From: a virus
Taxonomy: Duplodnaviria > Caudoviricetes
Reading direction: 5' to 3' (one strand)
DNA length: 25,935 bases
Virus record (IMG/VR): IMGVR_UViG_3300025389_000106
Location: 1-25,935 of that record
Every line of letters starts with the position of its first letter. Position 1 is the stretch's first letter. The position numbers were made by a program, and so were the translations under genes. The notes under the pieces are model-generated. The model saw only the letters and a list, made by a program, of their open reading frames with translations, had not been told where the DNA came from and made no database searches. Shown here piece by piece: positions 1 through 9,259 of the stretch.

Positions 1-1189
1 CCCAATCCCAAAGTAGATCGCTAGTAGCTGGACCAGAGTTACGGCTAGCTACAATACGAAGTTCTCTAGATGAATCATCTTCCTCGTCTTGCTTTTGTAG
101 ACCCAAGATAACATCTGAGTCCTGGAAGAATGAGGATGAGTAACCGATAGAGTCGGCACTTACTTGGCGCCTCTTCATCTTCCAAAGAAGTACCTGGGTA
201 GATATAACGATTGGAATCTCTTGTCGTTGTGCCAAACGCTTTAGGTTACGAGTGATGCTGGTAAGGGCCTGAGGCGTATTTGATTCGCCACTGGCCTCAT
301 CTACCATAAGATAGACACCATCCACAAAAACAATGTCTGGACGAATCTTTTCAATCTTTGCCTGTAGGCCAGACACAGTCATAGCTGAAGAGGAGTCTGT
401 TAGGTAGAACTTTTGCATGGACTCCATACGCTGTAGGGCATCCTTGTATCGGCGCTCCTCATCTAGCGTAAGCTTTCCACGAGTTAAACGTGAGTGTGCG
501 ATATTGGCACGCATAGCATCATGACGATGTTGCTGCTCAATGTTGGTCATCTCAAATGACTGGAACATTGGAACGTGACCGTCCTCATGAACGTTAACAG
601 CAATCTGCATAGCCAAAACTGATTTACCTGTCTTAGGTGGTGCGATGATAGTAATTAGCTGACCGGGTTGTAAACCAGCGGTAGCCTCATCAATAGTTCT
701 AAATCCTGTACGGTATCCAAGTAACCCACCATCACGAGTCTTGATAGATAGATACTCATCAAAGCGCTTCTCTGGGTTATCAGTAAGATCAACATCGGAA
801 CTTTGAGTAACTGTTTCATCAAAGATGGTAGCAACGCCCTGGCTCATCTCAGCGATAGCTTTATTATGATCGCCGGCAGCAATGGCGTCTGCAGCGTTCT
901 GAACTACCTCAATAGCCTTATGACGTTTTCTATATTCAATCAGTTGGTCTACCAAATACTCAAGCGAATCCTCTACGGCAAGTAGACGATACGTTGGGAA
1001 GTTATCTTTAACGGTTACTGCAGTGGGTACTTCTTCATACCTAGTCCAATGCTGGCGGATAAACTTCCACACAGCTCGGTTCTCTGCAACAAAGAACCAA
1101 TCATCTTCTATACCAGCTTCCATAGCTGGAATGATCTCTCTAGCATAGATTACTTTAGAGATCAGCCTCTCTTCATTATCTGCCGCCAT
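1..1189 (-). CDS. dnaB: DnaB-like (SF4) replicative DNA helicase, 3' end runs off the window
   Basis: Absent from the ORF track; translated by hand from ATG at 1189 (MAADNEERLISKVIY...) and open to base 1. Contains TGFRTIDEATAGLQPGQLITIIAPPKTGKS (Walker A), FQSFEM, DIVFVDGVYLM, ITRNLKRLAQRQEIPIVISTQ and SSSFFQDSDVILGL. Overlaps the upstream gene by 14 bp. Confidence 0.93.
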   Translation of the reverse strand, partial: MAADNEERLISKVIYAREIIPAMEAGIEDDWFFVAENRAVWKFIRQHWTRYEEVPTAVTVKDNFPTYRLLAVEDSLEYLVDQLIEYRKRHKAIEVVQNAADAIAAGDHNKAIAEMSQGVATIFDETVTQSSDVDLTDNPEKRFDEYLSIKTRDGGLLGYRTGFRTIDEATAGLQPGQLITIIAPPKTGKSVLAMQIAVNVHEDGHVPMFQSFEMTNIEQQHRHDAMRANIAHSRLTRGKLTLDEERRYKDALQRMESMQKFYLTDSSSAMTVSGLQAKIEKIRPDIVFVDGVYLMVDEASGESNTPQALTSITRNLKRLAQRQEIPIVISTQVLLWKMKRRQVSADSIGYSSSFFQDSDVILGLQKQDEEDDSSRELRIVASRNSGPATSDLLWDW

Positions 1190-1592
1190 TGGCTTGCCCC
1201 AAATCCATATACCAGTGCCCATAACGCAAACCACGTTCGGGTATATCAATTACATGCCTTACTTCTGGCCGATAAGGTAGTTCAGCCACAAGGTCTGCCA
1301 CGACGTTATATGCCTTGGCATAATTAAACGGATTAGTTCCTAGGTTATCTAGGTCCTCAAGTACCTCGTCCATCTCCTGCTGTGTATGTTCAAAACCTAC
1401 TAGCTCTAGAGAGTATTCAAAAGTATCCTTGAATCTCCAAAAGGTAGCTAGAGCTAGCCTGTTGTAAGTTACTTCTTCTTCGGGTATCGTTATTCCAAAA
1501 ACCTTTTTAAGGGATGGACGTCGATCTATAATGCAGTCAAGAGTAACTAAGACTCTCATGGGAACTTCGTTAGAGATATCGCCCCCCTTCAT
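1176..1592 (-). CDS. Hypothetical phage protein, possibly a degenerate HAD-like fold
   Basis: 138 aa ORF coupled to the helicase. The N-terminal strand RVLVTLDCII resembles HAD motif I without the first Asp (inference). Confidence 0.7.
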   Translation of the reverse strand: MKGGDISNEVPMRVLVTLDCIIDRRPSLKKVFGITIPEEEVTYNRLALATFWRFKDTFEYSLELVGFEHTQQEMDEVLEDLDNLGTNPFNYAKAYNVVADLVAELPYRPEVRHVIDIPERGLRYGHWYMDLGQANGGR

Positions 1593-1595
1593 TTT

Positions 1596-1892
1596 TTAGA
1601 TTACCTCTACCCTGCCATACTTGAATAGAAACTTTCTGAAAGATTCAGGATCATTACGAGCCATGTTACCTTCTTCTGGAGAAGCGGCTCGAGAAACCTC
1701 AACCGGATAGACACCTTCGTTCTCAAGCATACGCTTTTGAACAAACTTAGTGTGCTTGCAATAACTCCTAGAAGAAAAACCTGGGCAGTCACAACGAAGT
1801 CTTGCGCTATCAAGATTGATCTGCACTTCGTGCACACCAGTATCTGAAAGGAAGATCTGTGTGGCTTGCCATTCGCTCATCGTTTTATCCAT
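1596..1892 (-). CDS. SWIM-type zinc finger protein
   Basis: RCDCPGFSSRSYCKH matches the CxC-xn-CxH SWIM signature and follows a beta-hairpin (GVHEVQINL). Confidence 0.8.
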   Translation of the reverse strand: MDKTMSEWQATQIFLSDTGVHEVQINLDSARLRCDCPGFSSRSYCKHTKFVQKRMLENEGVYPVEVSRAASPEEGNMARNDPESFRKFLFKYGRVEVI

Positions 1893-2544
1893 TCTTTCTA
1901 CGATCCCCCCTAGGTGCTTTGACTATAACCAATCCAAAAGCTTCGTTGATGAAGCTTTCCATCGGATCTCCGTATACGTTCCACTCCTCAATCGGTGTGT
2001 TTGAGGTAACGATTGTTGGTAACCCTCTATTGAATCTTGAACGAAGTAGTTCATCTAGAACATTGTCTGACCACTTAGTGGCCCCACGATATTCCTTGCC
2101 CACATCATCTAGGACTAGTACTCCTAAATTCAGTGTACCCGCATGACCGTAGATCCTGTCAAGTTTTGCCCTAACCTCGTCATTGGTCTTGTCATCGAAG
2201 GTAGACTTCTTCATGGTCAGCAGTCCCGGGTAATCTATAAATCCTCCTAGCGGAGAACGTACATCTCCCGGCATGGTCCTAATAAGCTCCTGAAGGGCCA
2301 CAGAGGCCATTGTGGTCTTGCCGTGACCTGGAGACCCTAGGATGAGGAGTCCAAGGCCTGCTAGGGGGCTTCCAGGGCTTTTAACGACCCCTCCAGCCTG
2401 GACTGTACTGACCCACCTCATGACACTCTCTTTTGCGGGAGTATCTTCTAGGTCTGAGAACTCCATACCCATTGACCTGAATGGTACTCCTGAGGCAAGG
2501 ATTTGGTGGCGGATACTTGGTGCCAGAGTTTCTAGCTTAATCAA
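1885..2544 (-). CDS. DnaC/IstB-like AAA+ ATPase (helicase loader)
   Basis: Walker A GSPGHGKT, Walker B VLVLDDVGKE and C-terminal RFNRGLPTIVTSN. TTG start directly after the initiator stop, with a GGGGAG SD. Lies between initiator and helicase. Confidence 0.9.
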   Translation of the reverse strand: MIKLETLAPSIRHQILASGVPFRSMGMEFSDLEDTPAKESVMRWVSTVQAGGVVKSPGSPLAGLGLLILGSPGHGKTTMASVALQELIRTMPGDVRSPLGGFIDYPGLLTMKKSTFDDKTNDEVRAKLDRIYGHAGTLNLGVLVLDDVGKEYRGATKWSDNVLDELLRSRFNRGLPTIVTSNTPIEEWNVYGDPMESFINEAFGLVIVKAPRGDRRKNG

Positions 2545-3459
2545 TTATTCTCCCCCGAGTAGTCTGAGTAACTTTTCTTGTTGTGCTAGTGCTTCTGGTG
2601 TTTCGTAATCAACTGCCTTCTTAGTAACTACACCATGCACTGTTGGGTAGAAAGCAAAGAAGCGTTGGTAGAGTGGTTTACCCACACCGGCATCTCTGAG
2701 TAGACGAGCATCTCCAAAGAACATTCGTATTGCTTTTAGAATTGCTACACGGCTAGTTCCTTCTGCAACGCTCTTGTTAATCCAACCAGCTAAGCGAACA
2801 TTGTTAACTTGGCTCGGCACCCCTGGAACTTTCTGACGACAGAGATCGTAGAACTCTGCGATCAAATCTCCAGTGGTCCAATCTTCTTCTGGATAGTTAA
2901 GGCGGTTACGTGCGGCTTTCTCAACCTTTGTAAGTTTGTACTTAGCGTTTAGTCGGGTCTGGCGATCATCAACCTGACCTACTGCTCCTGGAGCAGCTTC
3001 TGCCTCCTTGGCAACTTTTGCCTTTACGCTTTCTTTGGGTTCTTCTTCTCCATCAAGATTCCAAGGCATTTCTTCTCCTTCCCGAGCTTGCTCGGGTATA
3101 GATAAAGATACGTTAGTATCTTTATCTATAGTAGTACTAGTAGTTAAATCATTAGTAGTGATATAGCTATCAATATATAGGTGCCCTGAAAACCCGTTGT
3201 CGGTAGGAATCAGCTTTAGGGCCTCTTCTGTGAACTTGAGTTGGGATACCCACTGGCCATTATTCTGCATGCGGACAGAGCGGATGTACTTGGCATCCTT
3301 CAATTCGTTGATGGCAGCTTGAATGGCATCCCGGCCTTCAATCACCTCGTTGTTAGCTTTTAGTTCGTCAGCAGAAAGTACCCGGCCTTTTTCTGCATAG
3401 TGACTGAACAAAGCCTTAGCTCTTAAAGACAGCTTTGGATTTGCACTTGGTTTAATCAT
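2545..3459 (-). CDS. Phage replication initiator / replisome organizer (N-terminal winged HTH)
   Basis: N-terminus NPKLSLRAKAL...EGRDAIQAAINELKDAKYI is typical of phage initiator HTH domains, followed by a Thr-rich linker. Upstream of the DnaC-like gene, with AGGAGG SD. Confidence 0.75.
   Translation of the reverse strand: MIKPSANPKLSLRAKALFSHYAEKGRVLSADELKANNEVIEGRDAIQAAINELKDAKYIRSVRMQNNGQWVSQLKFTEEALKLIPTDNGFSGHLYIDSYITTNDLTTSTTIDKDTNVSLSIPEQAREGEEMPWNLDGEEEPKESVKAKVAKEAEAAPGAVGQVDDRQTRLNAKYKLTKVEKAARNRLNYPEEDWTTGDLIAEFYDLCRQKVPGVPSQVNNVRLAGWINKSVAEGTSRVAILKAIRMFFGDARLLRDAGVGKPLYQRFFAFYPTVHGVVTKKAVDYETPEALAQQEKLLRLLGGE
3081..3180. other. Candidate replication origin: two abutting inverted repeats plus an AT-rich tract inside the initiator gene
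   Basis: CCCGAGC-TT-GCTCGGG (3081-3096) is directly followed by perfect 15-bp arms TATAGATAAAGATAC-GTTA-GTATCTTTATCTATA (3097-3130), then an AT-rich tract with TAGTAGT repeats. Confidence 0.55.
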
Positions 3460-3476
3460 ATTGCCCTCCTACCTCC

Positions 3477-3506
3477 AGTTTAGCGCCTAGGTATACGGTT
3501 TGGCAA
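3477..3506 (-). promoter_or_regulatory. Sigma70/SigA-type promoter for the replication operon
   Basis: Minus strand TTGCCA-N18-TAAACT, then GGAGGTAGGAGGGCAAT-ATG(3459). Confidence 0.6.
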
Positions 3507-3755
3507 ACCACGAGCAGTTCGTGGGTTAACTCCAGTAAATAGCTGCTCAACAAGGTATGACAAAGTAAGCCCCACAAAAGTGGCAGCGAGTGTGTATGTG
3601 GTTAGGTACCTCAGCTTTGTACCGAGGTTTATACAAAAGAGTATAGAAAGTAAAAGGGAAACTAGCCCCCGCCACTTTCCTAGATTAATCAATAAGCCTT
3701 CTACGGCGGTTAATATACAAGCAGTAGCTAGACCGGAAATTATTACAGTTGTCAT
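3480..3755 (-). CDS. Small integral membrane protein (holin-like topology)
   Basis: 91 aa with about three hydrophobic segments and a basic C-terminal tail (RTARGLPNRIPRR). Function is not established. Confidence 0.65.
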   Translation of the reverse strand: MTTVIISGLATACILTAVEGLLINLGKWRGLVSLLLSILFCINLGTKLRYLTTYTLAATFVGLTLSYLVEQLFTGVNPRTARGLPNRIPRR

Positions 3756-3761
3756 GCCTCC

Positions 3762-3790
3762 AGTTTACTGGCGGAATACACACCTGTCAA
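3762..3790 (-). promoter_or_regulatory. Sigma70/SigA-type promoter, probably giving a leaderless mRNA
   Basis: Minus strand TTGACA-N17-TAAACT-GGAGGC-ATG(3755). The ATG lies 6 nt after the -10 box. Confidence 0.7.
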
Positions 3791-6700
3791 TTCCGAAGCT
3801 TTGACCGCTACTTGGAGTAGTAGGGGTGCATGTTACTGAGTATACGGCGTAAGAAGCGTTGACGTTATCTGCAGAAGAAAATGTATTGGCTAGATAGGCC
3901 CAACGATTGGTCTGAGTTATAGTAGTTGTCACACTTCTATTACCATAGGTAGCTGGGATTAAAGTCCCGTTAGCATCGTAGAAGTTTACCGTCAAGGTAT
4001 AGGTTCCAACCGAAGCAGTTGTAGGACGGATAGCTACAGATGCATAGTAGCCTTCAGTAGCAACTACAGGAATGTGTGGTGATGTTATTCCGTAGGTTCC
4101 TGATGCAGTAGATGTAACAGTACAGTATGCAGAGCCATGGCTAACATTGTCTCCAAACAACGCACCACGTGAAACAGTTCTAGCCAAGGTTGCCGAGTTA
4201 CCGGACCAGCTACCTAAGTTAACTTCAAATGATGCAGAAGGAATTAAAGATGTGGTTAGCTCTGGAATTGGATCTGATGGGTATCCAGGTTTAACTGCCC
4301 AGCTACTTCCTAGAGGCATCAAGCTTCCCAACGTATTATTTAAACGAGAGTACTTTACAAAGTAGTTATTAAAGTAGCTACTCTTTCCTCCATATACAGA
4401 CGGTGCTTGTCCTACCCACATATTAGTAGATGGGTTGCCAGGGTTAGGCATTGCTAGAGCTGGATATGTTGCGTTAGCAGGATTCAAGAAACCGCTAGGG
4501 GTGTTTCCATACTCAGCTTGAACACCATCAATATGGAAGTAGCTTGTGGTAGCAATTGTGTATCCAGGCCCACCTGTTGAGTAGAACTGTGGAGGAAGTG
4601 CTATAGATATAGTTAAGGTGAATGATGTCTCACCAGGTTGAAGTTGTCGTAGGCACCATATACGAATCCACTGATACTGATCGTGTTGGTAAACTTCCAT
4701 GTTGTTGGAAGTAGTCAACCCGTTTCCTGATGTAGAAATATTGTATATTCCTTCAGCCGCACGAACTTGTGCGTGAACTATAAAGTCTTCACCACCAACA
4801 GCTGGGGCTGAAAGATATACGGTAGTGCTGATAGATGCACCGTTGACTTGGGCTTGGCCAAAAGTAGTAGCTGTCCCTGTATCAGTACTAGCAATAGTAA
4901 ATGAGTAAACAGATCCAGAAGTAACAGTAGCTACTGCAGTAATGGTTGCGCCAGTCCAACCTGTAGGGGTTGTGGTATTAAATTTTGAGGTGGATCCAAC
5001 CATGTTGCCCCAAATAGCAACCGACTGTCCCACAGCAAAAACCTGAGATGTTCCTGAATACCTATAAGTTACTGCAGAACCAGTTGAACTTATGGCAGTA
5101 ATAGTTACTGCAGGATAGCTTACCTTACCCATATATGTACCAAAAGCAGGAAGATAAGTAGTAGGTACAATTCCTGATGGGGGATTGGCATATGTTCCAT
5201 TAGCATTAACTATACGAGTCGCAGCTGGAGCTGGTCCGGCATCTTGAGTTAATGTAGTTCCTGTAGCTGTTGTCCAGTTTTGAAGAACTCCAGCAGTAGC
5301 TAATTCAAATGATGGATTTTGAATATAGTTAATAAGGTTCTTTGTTTCCCAGACAGTATCGGCGCTACTAACATAAGGAATGTTAATTGGGTCTGTTGGT
5401 ATAGGGGCACCGGAACCAGAAAAATATGGATTTAAAGTTGCGCTACTTTCAAATAAAAGTCCATCCATCCAAACAGTCATTCCATTTCCTGTCATGTCTG
5501 GAAATACTAATGAAACCTTTGCCAAAGGTTGTCCGGAATCTTCTAGCATGTCTGGTGCAATAGCAAAGACTGAAAGGCGAGATAGAACCGGAACATATTG
5601 AATAGGATAGCCGTTATATGTTCCTGGTCCTGTACCTTGTGAGTATTGAGGTACTGCCGTATCTACAATAGGGTTTCCGTTACTATCAAGCACATCATTA
5701 GCTACAAGAGTTACAGCACTGGATTGAACACTGTAGATAGTTGGATCATAGTACTGGCCATTAGAATCTAATAAGATTGTGGTTTGTAGTGCATCAGTTT
5801 CACGATTTGAGAACTCAATTTGAAGATACGCACGCCCAGCATTTGGATATTCCGAACTTACATATGCACTAAAGGTATAGTTCTGTCCCGGAGTAACTGC
5901 AAACCAAGGAGATGAGACCCATGCTCCAGTACCAGATTGAATTGTAAGTTCTCCCAGAGAATAGCCATCCCAAATAGCCGTGTTGTAAACAGTTGGGTCT
6001 TGAGCAAAAGATGCATTAGGAGAGGCTATCCACCCACCAACACCGTTTTCAAAACTAGGGTTAGGTAGTAGGTTTTCACGTTGTCCTTTTACATATACTC
6101 TAATGCGACGAGCATCTTCAAACTCAATGCTGTTTTGATATTGAGCAAGTTGAAGCATGTCAAAAAATACGGTCGTAGTAGCCGTAGTTGTTGGGAGAAC
6201 ACTAATGTCTATGACAGCATACATGGCCTTGGTTGGAGATAGTTGTCCGTTTCTACCCCCATCAGATTTAGATGTAAATTCTGACCAAGCTGAATTAGAG
6301 GTAGTTGTAGTGGCGCCCACAGAAGTGGTAGAGATTAAAACTCCATATTGATTGTACCAACTAATAGTTGCTGTAATGCTAGCTGCTGCAGAGCCTAGGT
6401 GGCGAGCCCATCCAGAGAACACATAGCGAACTCCTGGAGAAATAGGCATAGCATAATTAATAATATTTGTTGAGCTAGATGTGGCAGGAAGAATCATATT
6501 AGCAGCAACAGGGGTGCCTGCTCCAGGAATAACTAGGGCAGCAAAGCCTGCATTACGAGGAGTATAAAGCGGATCTGTAATCCAAGGCTTAGGAGCAGTA
6601 AGGGTTACTCCAAAAGTTGTTGTGGAAGCTGTAAAGAGGTACTGAGTTAGAGTTCCTAGGCTTGTAGTCCAGCGACCAATAGATTCCTCAAAAGAAGAGT

Positions 6701-7475
6701 CATTATAGTCAAGCATTAAGTTGGTACCAATTTGTACCTTGCTTGTTAGGTGGGTAAGTCCCCCTACATAGATAGATAGACCAGAAGGTGTTCCCTTGTA
6801 TTTTTGTACAAGGAATCCAGCTGATGATAGAGAGCGGTGGTAGGTGTCTCCTAATGCAGGCTCATAATCAAAGTTGTAGTCACCCATCTTGGCTTTAAGA
6901 ATTGCGCTTGGGGTGTAGACGTGATCAAAAACCTTACCTAAGACCATAGCTTCAGTTCTAAATAGGTCATACTTAAACGCCATGGCTGAAAGGATCTGGG
7001 TAAAGTTGTTGCTATCCACTTCCCCGGTAACATCTCCAGAAGAGTTTGTCCAGGCCCTGGGCATCCAAGCATTTAAAAGAGTTAACGTTTCTTTATCTCC
7101 AACAATCATCGCATAGTCAGAGCCACAGAATATCCAATTAACATTGTTAAATACCCATATAGAATAGCTTGCCTCTATATCTAAAGACTGATAGTTAACG
7201 TCTATGTAGCTGGTAGGGAAGCCGTTTACAAAAAGGCCTCCAGCTAAAGTGATTCCATCATATGGGTTGTCTACAACACCTTTGTAGCTTTTTACCAGCA
7301 TCCAAGCAACAGGAGAAGGATCCGTTGGGGGAGGTACAATCTGACCCCAAGTGATATTTACTGTTCCATAGCCACTAGATTGTGCAGCCAAATTGGCATT
7401 GTAATAGACAGCGGACGGTGATGCCTCACCATATCTAAATCCGCTGTTGTATAGACTTAATCCATATGTTGCCAT
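3765..7475 (-). CDS. Large baseplate wedge/tail protein (P2 gpI-like region plus four CBM-like jelly-roll repeats)
   Basis: Follows baseplate J. gpI-like segment (LLNAWMPRAW...YKGTPSGL). Four repeats begin NLMLDYNDSSFE, NLLPNPSFE, NYIQNPSFE and SLIPSASFE, each followed by a Trp. Confidence 0.8.
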   Translation of the reverse strand: MATYGLSLYNSGFRYGEASPSAVYYNANLAAQSSGYGTVNITWGQIVPPPTDPSPVAWMLVKSYKGVVDNPYDGITLAGGLFVNGFPTSYIDVNYQSLDIEASYSIWVFNNVNWIFCGSDYAMIVGDKETLTLLNAWMPRAWTNSSGDVTGEVDSNNFTQILSAMAFKYDLFRTEAMVLGKVFDHVYTPSAILKAKMGDYNFDYEPALGDTYHRSLSSAGFLVQKYKGTPSGLSIYVGGLTHLTSKVQIGTNLMLDYNDSSFEESIGRWTTSLGTLTQYLFTASTTTFGVTLTAPKPWITDPLYTPRNAGFAALVIPGAGTPVAANMILPATSSSTNIINYAMPISPGVRYVFSGWARHLGSAAASITATISWYNQYGVLISTTSVGATTTTSNSAWSEFTSKSDGGRNGQLSPTKAMYAVIDISVLPTTTATTTVFFDMLQLAQYQNSIEFEDARRIRVYVKGQRENLLPNPSFENGVGGWIASPNASFAQDPTVYNTAIWDGYSLGELTIQSGTGAWVSSPWFAVTPGQNYTFSAYVSSEYPNAGRAYLQIEFSNRETDALQTTILLDSNGQYYDPTIYSVQSSAVTLVANDVLDSNGNPIVDTAVPQYSQGTGPGTYNGYPIQYVPVLSRLSVFAIAPDMLEDSGQPLAKVSLVFPDMTGNGMTVWMDGLLFESSATLNPYFSGSGAPIPTDPINIPYVSSADTVWETKNLINYIQNPSFELATAGVLQNWTTATGTTLTQDAGPAPAATRIVNANGTYANPPSGIVPTTYLPAFGTYMGKVSYPAVTITAISSTGSAVTYRYSGTSQVFAVGQSVAIWGNMVGSTSKFNTTTPTGWTGATITAVATVTSGSVYSFTIASTDTGTATTFGQAQVNGASISTTVYLSAPAVGGEDFIVHAQVRAAEGIYNISTSGNGLTTSNNMEVYQHDQYQWIRIWCLRQLQPGETSFTLTISIALPPQFYSTGGPGYTIATTSYFHIDGVQAEYGNTPSGFLNPANATYPALAMPNPGNPSTNMWVGQAPSVYGGKSSYFNNYFVKYSRLNNTLGSLMPLGSSWAVKPGYPSDPIPELTTSLIPSASFEVNLGSWSGNSATLARTVSRGALFGDNVSHGSAYCTVTSTASGTYGITSPHIPVVATEGYYASVAIRPTTASVGTYTLTVNFYDANGTLIPATYGNRSVTTTITQTNRWAYLANTFSSADNVNASYAVYSVTCTPTTPSSGQSFGIDRCVFRQ

Positions 7476-7484
7476 TTAGTATTC

Positions 7485-9257
7485 CTACATTCCACCCGTT
7501 GCAGTTACATTTAGATTTGCGGCAATTAAATAAGCTAATTGATTATTAGATAGTGTCAAAGGAGATCCATGAACTGTTTCATAGACAGTGTTTGATCCAT
7601 CTGTATTCAAAGCAGTAATGTTGGCTGAGATTACCCCAGGAATATTACCAAGAGCAGAGGCAACTGCTGAGTAAGCAATTACTTCTCCAAAGGTATTATT
7701 GTCATAGGCAAACAATCCATTAGAACCCAACATTGCCTGATAAGCGGCTAGCTTAATATCAGAGTTTTTGTATGCCGGCTTTACGTTTAAGGTTGCAGTA
7801 ATGTATACCGGTACATACTGTGGAGGAAGAATTGTGACTGTAGAGCCAACCAACGTATTGCCTGATAGGGCGCTTGTTACGCTAGTTTGTAAGCCTGTCC
7901 AAATTGAGGTAGGTGTTAGGTCTATAGCATAACCGCCTGATACAAGAGTTGTAGTAGTGGTGTTTGCAATAGTAAAGCTGTAGGGAGCAGAGCTACTAAT
8001 AGCTGTAACTGTTGATCCGGTTGTGTTATATCCAGAAGGATTCATTCCAGTAATAACAACCGTATCGCCTGTAGAGAACCCATGTGCCGCAGTAGTAAAG
8101 TAAGTTACTGCGGTACCGGTAGTAGTGACCGATGCAATAGTTGCTTGCGGAAACCCTGGGGTCGCACTGTTATCATTTTGTGGCTGAATGTATAGGTGGA
8201 CCGATGAATACACGCTAGAAGTTGCACTAGCCTTTCCTACACCAGGAACAGTCAAAGCAAGATTGGCGTAATCGTTTAGAGTTACTGCACGTCCTTGAGC
8301 AGACAAGGCAGCCTTAATCTTTTTCTTAATCTGGGTTGCATCATCTCCGTCTGCACCACCAGCTGCAGGAGCAGCGTTAGTTACACTAAAGTATGTTGTA
8401 GCTAGGGGGTCTCCGGTACCAGGAATAAATGTTACAGAGTTAATTGCACCTGAGGCTATGTTACCTGCAGCTCCAGTACTTGTTGTATATAGGGAGCTAA
8501 TTAGTTGTCCTGAAGGTGGTATATAACCATTGACATTGTCTCCAAAGACAATGCTAACAAGGCCGGTAGCATCTCGTTGAGTAGTAAAGACCGTGTCTGT
8601 TGGACCCCACTCAAGAAGATTGTCTACATATTTCCAAGTAGTAAACGCTAGTCCTTGACCTACATACACATTAATAGAGGAGTCAACAACTCCATTATCA
8701 ACAATAGAGAAGGTTTGGTTTTCTAGTCCAGAAGATGTTCCAAGGTTTGCTGGAATAGGCTTGTTGTAAGTAGAGTCAATAAGGTCAGCCCGATCTGTAT
8801 TAACCGTCTTTCCTTCTCTAGCAGAAAGAGTAATGCTTGCATTTGGCGCAACTGCAGTTGCTGCCTGAGTCACTTCAAAGTACACCTGTGAATAAGGTCC
8901 ATAGGAAAGTGGGGCCATAACTTGGGTGCCTAAAGGGATGCTCTGACTAGAAGTGCTGTTGTTAGTAAAGGTTACGTTTACCAGAGCAGGAGTTGGACCC
9001 GATACGTGATAGTCATAAAGGTTGGCTAGGCTTAAAAGTGTAGAGCTTTGAACAGCAGTATCGATGCTAGTCTCATTAGCAATACGGTCTAGATAGTGAG
9101 AGATGACATCTCCCATATAGGCAAAAGCCTCTACTAGCACATTTCCTAGATCAGAATAGTCTGTAGGATTCCATGCCGTATTAGTCCTTTGACTAATAAG
9201 GGTAATTAGATCTGCCTTGAGGGCGGCAAAGTCTCTAGAAGTGTAGTCAATCTGCAT
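7485..9257 (-). CDS. Baseplate J-like wedge protein (T4 gp6/P2 gpJ family)
   Basis: MQIDYTSRDF...DLGNVLVEAFAYMGDVISHYLDRIANE; IVFGDNVNGYIP; AAGGADGDD; RAVTLNDYANLA. Confidence 0.93.
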   Translation of the reverse strand: MQIDYTSRDFAALKADLITLISQRTNTAWNPTDYSDLGNVLVEAFAYMGDVISHYLDRIANETSIDTAVQSSTLLSLANLYDYHVSGPTPALVNVTFTNNSTSSQSIPLGTQVMAPLSYGPYSQVYFEVTQAATAVAPNASITLSAREGKTVNTDRADLIDSTYNKPIPANLGTSSGLENQTFSIVDNGVVDSSINVYVGQGLAFTTWKYVDNLLEWGPTDTVFTTQRDATGLVSIVFGDNVNGYIPPSGQLISSLYTTSTGAAGNIASGAINSVTFIPGTGDPLATTYFSVTNAAPAAGGADGDDATQIKKKIKAALSAQGRAVTLNDYANLALTVPGVGKASATSSVYSSVHLYIQPQNDNSATPGFPQATIASVTTTGTAVTYFTTAAHGFSTGDTVVITGMNPSGYNTTGSTVTAISSSAPYSFTIANTTTTTLVSGGYAIDLTPTSIWTGLQTSVTSALSGNTLVGSTVTILPPQYVPVYITATLNVKPAYKNSDIKLAAYQAMLGSNGLFAYDNNTFGEVIAYSAVASALGNIPGVISANITALNTDGSNTVYETVHGSPLTLSNNQLAYLIAANLNVTATGGM

Positions 9258-9259
9258 GA

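Noticed and set aside
1885-2544. IS21 IstB transposition helper
   Set aside because: No IstA transposase or terminal repeats; the initiator-loader-helicase context indicates a DnaC-like role.
3097-3130. Intrinsic terminator or CRISPR repeat at the 15-bp palindrome
   Set aside because: AT-rich stem with no U-tract, single copy, no spacers, and inside an intact ORF.
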